64,000 nucleotides of DNA, taken from contig OZ025797.1 of NCBI GenBank assembly GCA_964019425.1, positions 1,116,001 to 1,180,000 of the forward strand, read 5' to 3'. This stretch comes from Flectonema sp. DT1601. Lineage: Eukaryota. Of the stretch, positions 20,056 through 32,000 are shown piece after piece. Position numbers and translations under genes: made by a program. A model generated the notes under the pieces. The model had not been told where the DNA came from, searched no databases, and saw nothing but the letters and a program-made list of their open reading frames with translations. Positions within the stretch are counted from its first letter, which is position 1, and every line of letters begins with the position of its first letter.

Positions 20056-23000
20056 TCACATGGCATCGTTTTTCGATCGCGATCCCCGTGATTTCCTTTT
20101 CCTCTTCTCTTTCCCACGCCGCGATCTCTCCAACAATCCGCAGCATTCAGCGTAGTCACACTTCACGCACATGACTACCCGCGTTCCCTTCGCGATCCGC
20201 TCTCCACACCTATCACACCATCCCTTCGTCGGGTGTTTCACCGGATTCTTGATCGCTGCTTGCGGTATCTCCTTTCCGCACCCACACATCCCTACTGGGG
20301 GGCGGTCTTCTTGTGTCGGTGGGGAGCAGATCGAGCTCGAGTCTGACGTCATCTTGTCTGAGTCATGGTCCATGGTAGGCTCCGTGGTGGTTTCAGGCAC
20401 AATATTTTTCTCGTGTGTGCTTGTTACCGCCTGTGAGACTTCCTTACCGTTCTCCTCCTTCCACTTTAACAATCTCCTCCCGACTTTTTCCTCACCTCTC
20501 ACCCATCGGTAGGCCTCTTCGCTGGCTTCGGGGGGCAGGCGCTCCAGCCTCAGCGTTGATCCAAGTCGATGCGCCATTCTCTGCGAGACCTCGATGTATC
20601 GTCGGTGTGACTCTACTGAGTGCTCGAGTGAGCCGTACGCCACTATTTCCTTCACTGCGTCTCCGTAACTTAGCAGCTGCGCCATCCCGATCCCTAACGC
20701 CTTACCCTCGCGGTTCGGCGAGCATTCCTTGAGGGGGAATCTCCACATGTGGATCACTTCACCGCCACTTACAACACACGTTCTCGTCTCCCTCTGTGTT
20801 GCTGCGTAGAACAGTTCATAGATGGGCTTTTCAGAGTGCCATTCTATGAGCTCGATCTTCGCCCTCTTCTTCGAATCTCTAAAAGCCGCTTCCGGTTCCG
20901 ACTGTCCTCGCACTCCCTCCTCAGGCTCATGGATCGCACTTGGGCGCCATCCTATTCGGGGCTCACGTCCATGGTGGGGATCTGCCGATCCTTCCTTCGG
21001 CTCCTCGACTGGTTCCGCTGGCTTCGGTTTCTGTTCTACCTCTGTTTCGCCTGTCATCACTTGGCACACCCACTGGTAAGCTGTGTGCTTTACTTCGACA
21101 GGTAGGTCCGCCAGCCTCAACACTAGTCCTCGTGCCCTTACCACGCTACTTATCGCCCCGAATTTCTCCCACCGTTCTCTCGTCCACTGTTCCAAGGGTG
21201 CGTATGCTTGCACTTCCACGGGTCCCTCCAGGAGGCCCTTCCCTGTGACCCATTCCAGTGCCAATTCTAGTGCGGCCAGCATGGGGTCTTTTTCCTCTCC
21301 TGTGGTCTCATGCCACTTCTTCATCACTGGTCCTCCGCCACTCCGCACCAGGCACGCCCTTCCGGTTTTGCCTAAGAAAAGGTACACAGCTGGATGTGGT
21401 GGTGTTGGCTGCGTTAACCCTTTCGTGGCTCTGTGCTCTTCGACGTACTCCCGTGCTCTCCTGTCCGTGCAAAGCTTCTTCACCTTCCCACCTGGACAGC
21501 GTAGCACTTGCAGTGAGGCTTCACTCCATGTGCTGTACGTTCCTGGACGCCGTCCACACGGGACCGCGTACCGCCGATTTCTGCGTGGGCCTTTTACTGG
21601 CTTGTCTGCTGTCTTATACTCTGGGTCAGTGCTTCTCAGGAAAGCCTCCGCCTCCTCTCCATTATTGAAGCCCTGATAAACAGCGCAAGAGAGTCCCTTC
21701 GTCTGTTTCTCGGCCTCTGCCCAGCTATTCACGATGGTAGTGCGTCCCCTTCCCTTCGAGATAGCATAGAGCTTGAACTTGCTCTCCATTCGCGTCGCCG
21801 GTTGACTCCTCTGGCCTTTCGTTGTGTGTGCTCGTATTGTGACACGCGTGGCGTTCTTCTTCTCGCACCGACCTAGTGTCTTCACCGTCCTTAGCAGGTT
21901 CGGTGGGTTTTGGGTCCGTGTTGATTGTGGTACTTCACACTGTGTCCGTGACTTTTGCGTTCCAGGCCGTATGAGCATTTCACTGTTCACTTGCCTATAA
22001 TCCCTTCCTTCCATTCCGTGCTGCTCTGGGGGCGTTACCCTGACCACCTGTGGAGCTAGTCGTGGCATCATCGGAACTTCATTTGCGCAGAACATCTCCT
22101 TTGTAGCTTGTCTTCGCAGGAATAGCACGTAAGGGACAGACGACAGCACCTCTCGCCAGCTTGTTGCTCGCTCCACCTCATCGTCCTGGTACCTCCAGCC
22201 GCCCGGTGATAGGGTGAAAGACGTGTAGTGACCCGATCCCAGACACCCCTGATGGACCACCACAGCGGACACCCTATAGTCGGCCTGTATCTTGCTGTTC
22301 CGCATCGACACTTGTTCTCCCAGCGCCATTTTCGTGGCATTCTCGTTCACAATGCATACGATCATCGTTTCCGGCGCCTCCATCAAGATCCTGCGCTCCT
22401 GCAAAGACCCCGTACCGCACAGTCCGCACACGTAGTCCTGTGGTATCGTCGTCGACTCCAGTGCCGACTGTAGGTCCCATCCCCGCAGTATCAGGCCGCA
22501 GTCCAGCTCGATTGATTGGCTCCCTCCGCCACAGCATATGCACGTGCGTTCTACTGCCACCATGCATGTGAAAGCGTTTGCTAAGAGGTCGCCTGGTCTT
22601 GCTCTTTCCTGCAGGTCCGACACTATGTGTAGTAGGGCTCCGTGGGCGTCCTGTTGTCCTCTTCCCATCCATTCTCTTGTGATCCTCGTTATCTCTCCTT
22701 GCGACCCACCTCCCTGCACCAGTGCTAGTGCGCACACTGTGCACCTCGTCCCGCATACGTGAGGGGTGTTCCGTGCCCGCTGGAAATCCACATGCGACCC
22801 CTTCAGTAGTGCCTGCAAGGTGGCGTTCAGGTAACACGAGTCTCCGAGGTTCGTCAGGCCCTCCATCCAGGTGGTCCGCGTCTGGATATTCGTCCCACCC
22901 CCTTGGCTCTGCGGTTCGGTGACGTCCGGGCCTCTGCTACCAAGACACGGGGCCGCTGGCGCTACCCGCGTGCAGAAAAGGTTTGATTCCGGTTCACAGT

Positions 23001-26000
23001 CCTCCATGAGTATATCACCCCCTTCATCCATTCCATACGCTAGCGGCTCGCTCGTTTCGGCAATCTCCCCTGTAACTTCCTCCATTAGTTCCTGGGAGTT
23101 CGCCCCTTCCTGGCTCTCATAGTTCTCCATCTGTACATCAGCTTCTCCGTCTGTTCCACGCGCTGTCGGTTCGTCATATCCCTCGCGGTCTTCCTCCCGA
23201 GCGTTTGCTTCCTGTGGTACCAGTGGCTCCCTCTTTTGTTGGGCCTCCTCTGGGTCTTGCTCTCCTTCCCACGGTGCTGTCTCCCACGTGGTCGGTCCTG
23301 TTGCGTAAAAGCCCAGTTTTAGACCTTGCTCCCTAGACGTCTTAGGTTCTGTCGGCTCCCTTCTGCTCTTCTGTGGGGCTGCTCCTTCTGAAACCAATCC
23401 ATTCGCTTGCGTCTGTGCGCCCTCTGTCGGTTTCACAAGTGCATGCGGTTCTCCCTGCTCGGGATCACGCAACGGCTGCGTAGGCGTCCGCACGTCCTGG
23501 CTTGGTGTTGAAATAGACACCGGTGGTGAAAGGTTCCTCGCCGGCAGGTTCGACTCTTCTTTTACCGCAGGCGGCGCCTCCGGTTCTTTCGACCGCTCGG
23601 CTACTTTCACCGGGACCTGTAGCAAATCCTGTCCTGTTTCTTGTAGTTTTAATACGGACTGCTGGGGAGCCGGCGGTGCCTGTCGTCTATCCTGGTCCTC
23701 CGGTTGCTTTGACAGCGTCAATGGCACCGCACTCAGTCCCTGTGGCATCCGCTCGACATTTTCGTGGGGTTTCACAGGCGGCGGTTCCGATAGCGACAGG
23801 GATGTGTCCGAGTAATTCCCTCCTGCGTGCGATCCTGTCCCCGCCGACGGTTCGGTGACGTCTTTCGTCTGGTCGCTCCCGTCCATTCGCATTGGTTCCG
23901 TTGTTGAGCCTTCTGCCCGCTCTGGACTCCGCGCCTCAGACTTGAGCAGCTGGGGCGGCGGCGGCGCCTGTTGCCCACCGTCCCCTTCGGAGCGGTTAGT
24001 TTGTACTGGTGGCGCTTCCTTCGTCTCCTGCGTCAGCTTCGCAATGTCTCCGTTTGATGCTGGCTCCAAAGTCTCGACATTTCCGTGGGGTTTCACAGGC
24101 GGCGGTTCCGATAGCGACAGGGATGTGTCCGAGTAATTCCCTCCTGCGTGCAATCCTATCCCCGCCGACGGTTCGGTGACGTCTTTAGTCTGGTCGCTCC
24201 CGTCCATTCGCATTGGTTCCGTTGTTGAGCCTTCTGCCCGCTCTGGACTCCGCGCCTCAGACTTGAGCAGCTGGGGCGGCGGCAGCGCCTGCTGCCCACC
24301 GTCCCCTTTGGAGCGGTTAGTTTGTACTGGTGGCTCTTCCTTCGTCTCTTGCGTCAGTTTCGCAATGTCTCCGTTTGATGCTGGCTCCAAAGGTTTCGGC
24401 TCCGACGGGGATGGTGGTTGCTCTGCCCTCGGCTTTTCCACATGCAGAACTGGCTCTTCCCTCCTTTCTACCACCGCCTCCTTCGCTACTTGTGTTTTTT
24501 GGTCAAAGTACCGCCGCCTCGCTCGTCCCGATTTATCGTCCATTGGGCGTGGCTTCAGTGCTCGGCTTGTCCGCATGCGGTGGTCTATGGAGAGGAGCTT
24601 CTCACTTAACAGACCCTCCGTTCCTTCGATTCTCGTATACACCCAATAAAGCGGCCCCGTGCCTGGTCCTTCTTTGCTCCGCACCCGTTCGTCGCTCACA
24701 CATGCCCATCGGTTCCTCGGCGTTCTTACCATTGTCATTGCATGTCTCCCATTGCCACATACACTCCCCGTTAAAACATAACTGCGTGGCCCGCTTTCAG
24801 TCTCTACCTGAAAGGCGGCCCTCGTCGTCTGTTCCACTCTCTCCTTCGCGAACAGGATCGGCGGCATCTCGGCGAATCTCCACTGCACAGTGCAGTCTCT
24901 GTTTGGCGATCTACACCTCTCGCAGATCGTTGGACTCTTCGTCTCTTCTTCGAGCGGCCCTCCTAAGAGGATGATCTTTGCTGTCTCCGGCTTGGTCTTT
25001 GGGTCCAAGACCATGAAACTCAGCTGCACCTCCTGCCTCACAAACCCACATACACACCTGTGTGTCGCTTTCAATCTGGATTCGAACAGGCTCCTCAGAG
25101 TCCCCCCCCACACCGCGCATTCCTTCAGTGCCAGGTTATTTAGGATCTGTTTAAGGAAAGCCAATGGCGAACCTCCTGCCAAAGAATACCTTGTTATCTC
25201 CTTCCTGACCGTGTCCGCCGTGAAGTCCTGGATCGTGACTCGTGTCTCCTCCATTAACCCGTCCAGTCTTGGGTGGTCTTCTTTAGACATCTTCCACAGT
25301 ACACAGGCGAGACATCCCCCTACGCACGTTTTATCCGCCGTTTCTTTCTCTCTCATCAACCCTATTAGTGGTGTGGCCCATATTAGGCTGCAGACTGTTG
25401 CTGCGGCGTAGCACGTCCCTCTCGTGTTCTCAAATCCCCTCACATCCGATGTGGCCCACTTGTCATCTTGTTTTCCCGACGCCTCGTAGGACAATAACGG
25501 CCGCTTCGTGATGTCTAGGTCCGCCATATCTCGCTCTAGCTGGGCCATCACATCTCTGCCATGTCCTTTGAACCTTGGAACACTTCCTGGCTTGCCTTCC
25601 GAAACTACCAGCTTCACCACCGGGGCGCCCGGCAACCGTCCTGTCTCTTTCGTCGTGGGTCCCGGTCCCTCAGCTCGTGAAGGCTCCGTGATTGCGTTCC
25701 CTCGGTCCGGAGTTGGTCCCTCCGCCGGCGTCCTCCCTCCGACTCCAGATTCCTCAGTTGACGGTTCCTCCGTTCGTGCCTCCCCCGGCTCCCCTGCCCC
25801 TCCGTGAGTCTGCTCCAGTTCCTTCGGCTCCTGCAGGGTGGACCTCGTCCCGCTTTCCGGGGCTTGCACCTCCCTCTGGTTGCCTGCCTTCTGTGTGCTA
25901 TCTCTTGCAGCTTGGCCAATCTCCGGCGCAGCGTCCGGTCCGGTAGTCCTTCCCACACTCCGGTCGGCCTCCGACAGTAACCGCCCCGATTCGTCTGGCC

Positions 26001-29000
26001 CCTCCCCGATGCTCCCCATCTTGTCGACCAGGTCTTGTATCTCGTCTTCCCACTCATCCTCCTTGAATATCGGGGGTAGATCCGTACTGATAGGTGCTCC
26101 GTCGCCCCCCATCAGCAACTCCCCCCTATCTTCGACCGCTCTCGCCCAGCTATACGCTAGCGTTGTTGATATCTCTTTCGACAGTGCCCTCCACGCCTCT
26201 GCCGGTCTCCGTGTCCTCAGAGAAATCGCCTTGATGAAGGCCGCAGCTGCCTCATTCATGGCCCCGTCGCGCGTGAAGACTAGAGGAACGAAAGCTATTC
26301 CCTTCGAGCTACACTCCTCCCCGTATTTCTTCACCTTTTCCCTCTCCTTCGCCTGGATGACCCGCCTCGCATCCAAGTGCGATCCCCGGGACAGACTTGT
26401 CTGCGAGCATACCTCGATGACCGTCACGTCGTACGCCGCCGGTCTTCCTGTCCAGTTTCGTGTCGTTCCCGGCACTGCCTCGCTTACCAGGATGTCGGCC
26501 GGTTTCCTCCCTCCATCTAGGATTCGTTGCGGCTCCATTTCCACGGACATCCCCGTCACCCTTGCCTGCTTCGCCAGGAAATCCCTGACTAGGTTATGGC
26601 GTATGGTTGGCGTTGCCCCCCGGTTACACATCCCTGCGTGCACCCCCCGAGGGTCTAGCTTAGCGTTGCACCTCTTGCATAGCTGTCCCGCCTGTAAGAC
26701 CTCCAGCCCTAAATGCGCCCTGATCGCGGTCCGGAAAATTTGTGACGGCATCACGGTTCCCGTGTCGCTTGCCTCCGCCAACCACGCACTCGCCCTCGGC
26801 ATGGACACCGCTCTGAAGTGTGCAAGTCTTTCTCGGTCTCCGCTCCCCTTCAGGTCGTTGACCATCTTCGTTTTCAGCGAGGCGTCGATCTTCATTGACA
26901 GCTCTCTCTGTCGCACTACCTTATCGAGGTCCAGGTCGCACTCCTCCGAGGTCTCCAGCGTCAGCGCTTTACACACCCCACTCCACTCCTCAGGGTCGAC
27001 TTGGTATTGGGCGTCCAGCTCCACGCACAGTTTCCTCGTCGCAGTGGCCGACGCTGCTCTGCCCGCCGCCGCGTGTCTCCCACAGTTTCGCAGGCCCACC
27101 CCCCCTTCCCGCAAAGGTAGCTCCGCCTGTAAGTGCGCCCGCTCATCCATATCCCCACCCACGAGACCCCGCAACACGCTTCTCACTACCGCATCGAAAT
27201 CTGCCAGACCTGATCGCTGGTCCTCCAGGTACATTGACCTCATCAAGTATACCATCTTCCCATACGAATGGCAGTATCGTAGCTGGGTCAGCGCTACGTG
27301 CCGATCCGGTAGCATCGTCAGTGACTCGCTTACTTTCTTCAGCTTCGTCACGTACTGCAGCAGGTATTCCTTGCAGTAGCTCCCACTCCCTACCGGTAGC
27401 TTGAGAATGGTGAAGTTTCCCTCGGACTCTTGTTTCACCTTCTCCAAGCCCCCCTTCGGTTCCAGGCCCACCCGCAGAGGTACGAATACGCACTTCGCCT
27501 CCTTTACCTTTAGCCCCAGGCTTGATGCCTTTTGAACCAGGTAGTCGTACGCCTTCGCTAGTTCGTCTACGCCTCCCATCAACACTCCATCGTCTAAGAA
27601 CCAGAGGCTTCCATCCAGTCCCATCTTCTTGAGTCCCTCCAGTAGGCTTTTTATCCCGAGTGAGAAAAGGAGAGGCCCCGCCGGATCCCCCTGTTGGGCC
27701 CCCTCCCTCGACGGAATCGTGGTATCCTCAAAAAAGAGGCTCGTCGGTCTCTCGTAACACCACGATGCCAAAGGCAACAGTTCCGGCAGCGTGGACGCCA
27801 GCTCACGCAGGAACACCGCCCTCGAGACACAGTTAAAAGCGTTCTCAAAATCAATGGTCAGGATTGCCTTGTTGGCCCCCCTGTTCCTCCTCGCGTAGTC
27901 CCGTACTATTGCGTACACCGCCTCCACCCCACTGGGTACCGCCACCCCCAGCTGTCCTCCTGGCTTTAAGAGGTTTGGTATCTTGGGCCTTATTTTTGCT
28001 AGCACTATCTTCCACGCCCACCTCCGCAGTGATTCCCCTACTGCTATTGGTCTATACCCGGTCGGCTCTTTCTTCAGCGCGATCAGGCGAGCTCCTGCCA
28101 ACACCGGTGCCGCCTCATAAGGTACTTTCCCTCTTACCAGTAGCTCTAATGTAGTGCAGAGCGTTGGCATCAACCCTCGCAGTCCCGTGTCGCACGCTTG
28201 CTTCAGGAGCTCCACGCTTAATCCCGACGGTCCGGCCCCCGTGTCCTTCGGGAATGTCTTCAGCGATGCTAGTGCTTCCTCCGGCGACACTACTGTGTTC
28301 CCCGTTCTCACCCCCTCCAGGTCTATCTTCTCGTGCATGGGACTCGGGTGGATGGTCTGCATCGCCGCCAGGACTTCCGGCGCGTTCGGCGCTAGCCCGC
28401 TCGACACCAGGCATTTATTAGCCTGCGCGTACCTCCCTCTCCTGCTCAGGGCGCAGCACCGCTCATACCGTTCTCCCTGTGTCGTTTCCTTCTCCCGTCG
28501 TCTTTTGTTCCTCTTTGCCCTCGTGCTCCACATCGCTACATACTCTCCCCTCAGCCATCCTTCCAGCCTGCTCGTCAGCCTCTCCCTATGCGTCTCTGTC
28601 CCCTTCTCATCCTTCCGCACCGCCGGCGTTCCCAGGCATGCTTTCGGGAGCATCAATAGCAGCTTCCATGCCCGCGGGTCATTCCGCTGTGCTATCCGTT
28701 GCAATGTTGCCATGAGAGCTCTCGCCCACAACATCGTCAGCCTCTCGTCCAACTTTTTTGGCACCACTACCTGTGCCGCCCCTATCTCCTCCCACGACGG
28801 CAGCTCTCCAAGCTCTTTTTCGTCTGGCCACGGGGCGTTCTGAACCTCTTCCTCCCCCCCATCTAGCGCCATGGCTTCTCTACATCTCGGGTGGACCCCG
28901 GTGCTGCTTCCCGTCAGACACCCACACATCGTGCATGGTCGCACCCCCATCGCCTGCTGCTCCGCCTCCGTGAGAGGGCGATCTGACAGGAGGTGCTCCT

Positions 29001-32000
29001 TGTTCAAGTGGCCTAATAGTCCTCCCCAGTTCTTATATCCCTCAAATCGCTGGGCGCGTGATCGCGAGCATTCTCCCCTGGGGCAGTAGTAAGGCCCAGA
29101 CCCCCTCAGTCCCGCGCTTGGTCCCGTCCCCAGGCCTATCCTCACCGCAGCCTCTTCAGCCGTTTGTTCGGAGAGCTTCAGCACATACACCGCCTCGGCT
29201 CTCTCCTCCACCCGATTGAGCATTTCGGCGTCCGCTTGGAGCACTGCCTCGTAGTGTTCTTTATCCAGCACTATCCACAGCGGGATGTCCTCAGTCCTTC
29301 TCAGGGGCAGCATCTTTAGGAGTCTCCCCGCCTCCCACACTATGATCACTACTCCCATCTGGTCCGCCGCAACCTGCAGCGCTACGTTGTCCCCCCATCC
29401 CTTGTTCTCCAGTCGTACAGCGTAGTCCTCCTTGGCCAGTCCGTTGACGAACCATTGGTCCGTCCTCTCTTCACCTCTCATGTATTCCGCGAGTCTCTTC
29501 CGCAGCACCCTCGCACCCACTCGCCGATTCCATTCTCCCTTCGCCAGTAGGATTGCTCGGAACATACAGTCCCCATCCCCCTTAGTCTTGGTTACACTGA
29601 CTCTCGGGAACTCCCTCTGTAGCTCTATGGACGTGCTTGGCGTTGCTTCCCCCTCCACCTCTCTGGAGCTGCTCAACTTCCTACACCTTGGGTGCATACT
29701 GGCCGTCCCCTTCATTGCTCGTCCGCAGTGTCCGCACGCCTTCATGCCGCAGTCAGCCCACTGGTCCTGTCCCAATTGACCTTTATGCTTCCCATCTATG
29801 TGTGCCAGCAGGCCATTCTCCGTCCCAGACCACTCACACACTGGGCAGCTCGCACCCCCACCTCTCATCTCGTGGGGTTGCTGCTTGCAACTGCTTCTCG
29901 GCTTTGACGTCGACTGTTCATCTTCCGGCGCTCTCTCTTCCTTTGTTCGTCCCCCACTTTTCGTTTTCCGGGCCTTTTCCCGCTTCTTCTCTTGTTTCTT
30001 GTGCCATCGCGCTGGTGGACTCAGTCTCCACCTGTCGCTCGCCCGGTTTGGCCCCCTCACCTGTTGCGTGATTTCTTCCTGATACCTCTCGGTCTCATTC
30101 GTTCCCGCGCAACCCACTAGCTTTGGCTGGGGGAATAACCATATCGTGGGCTCCAGTTTTTGACATGCTAAAGACGGTAATATTCCTGTTGCCATATGTG
30201 TCCCTAGACCCGGCATATCCCTGAGTATCTCTAATTCCAACATGGCCCGCCACCTCTTTGTATACTCCTGTTCGTGTGCCATTGTCGTGTTCATCCCAGG
30301 CCCCCGCGTTGATGCCGTCTCCCTCCCTGCCCCTAGTGTGCGGTTTGTCTTCGACTGGCTGTGCCCCCTCCTCGTGTACGACACGAGCGTGGGTTCTCTA
30401 GGCCCCGTCTCCGCACACCTCCTCGGGGCTGCCCCTTCGCCAAACACATTGTGTCTACTCCTCGAGTACGGCACCAACGCGAGTGCTCCAGGCCCAGCCT
30501 CCGCACAGCCCACCGGAGCCGCCCCTTCGCCAATCACGTTGTGTCCACTCCCCGAGTACGACACTGTGAGTGCTCCAGGCCCAGCCTCCGCACAGCTCCC
30601 CGGAGCTGTCCCTTCGCCAAACACCTTGTGTCTACTCCCCGAGTACAACACCGTGAATGCTCCGGGCCCAGCCTCCGCATAGCTCACCGGAGCTGTCCCT
30701 TCGCCAAACACGTCGTGTCTACCCCCCGAGTACAACACCGTGAGTGCTCCAGGCCCAGCCTCCGCACAGCTCCCCGGAGCTGTCCCTTCGCCAAACACCT
30801 TGTGTCTACCCCCCGAGTACAACACCGTGAATGCTCCGGGCCCAGCCTCCGCATAGCTCACCGGAACTGTCCCTTCGCCAAACACCTTGTGTCTACCCCC
30901 CGAGTACAACACCGTGAGTGCTCCAGGCCCAGCCTCCGCACAGCTCCCCGGAGCTGTCCCTTCGCCAAACACCTTGTGTCCACTCCCCGAGTACGACACC
31001 GTGAATGCTCCAGGCCCAGCCTCCGCGTAGCTCACTGGAGCTGTCCCTTCGCCAAACACGTCGTGTCCACTCCCCGAGTACGACACTGTGAGTGCTCCAG
31101 GCCCAGCCTCCGCGTAGCTCCCCGGAGCTGTCCCTTCGCCAAACACATTATGTCCACTCCTCGAGTGCGACACCGTGAATGCTCCAGGCCCAGCCTCCGC
31201 GTAGCTCACTGGAGCTGTCCCTTCGCCAAACACGTCGTGTCCACTCCCCGAGTACGACACTGTGAGTGCTCCAGGCCCAGCCTCCGCGTAGCTCCCCGGA
31301 GCTGTCCCTTCGCCAAACACATTATGTCCACTCCTCGAGTGCGACACCGTGAGTGCTCCAGGCCCAGCCTCCGCATAGCTCACCGGAGCTGTCCCTTCGC
31401 CAAACACCTTGTGTCCACTCCCCGAGTACGACACCGTGAGTGCTCCAGGCCCAGCCTCCGCGTAGCTCCCCGGAGCTGTCCCTTCGCCAAACACCTTGTG
31501 TCCACTCCCCGAGTACGACACCGTGAATGCTCCAGGCCCAGCCTCCGCGTAGCTCACTGGAGCTGTCCCTTCGCCAAACACGTCGTGTCCACTCCCCGAG
31601 TACGACACTGTGAGTGCTCCAGGCCCAGCCTCCGCGTAGCTCCCCGGAGCTGTCCCTTCGCCAAACACATTATGTCCACTCCTCGAGTGCGACACCGTGA
31701 GTGCTCCAGGCCCAGCCTCCGCATAGCTCACCGGAGCTGTCCCTTCGCCAAACACATTATGTCCACTCCTCGAGTGCGACACCGTGAATGCTCCAGGCCC
31801 AGCCTCCGCGTAGCTCACTGGAGCTGTCCCTTCGCCAAACACATTATGTCCACTCCTCGAGTGCGACACCGTGAGTGCTCCAGGCCCAGCCTCCGCGTAG
31901 CTCACTGGAGCTGTCCCTTCGCCAAACACGTCGTGTCCACTCCCCGAGTACGACACTGTGAGTGCTCCAGGCCCAGCCTCCGCATAGCTCACCGGAGCTG

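Noticed and set aside
25838..27379. 513-aa plus-strand ORF
   Set aside because: Antisense to the GC-rich RT/RLE region with no recognisable motifs.
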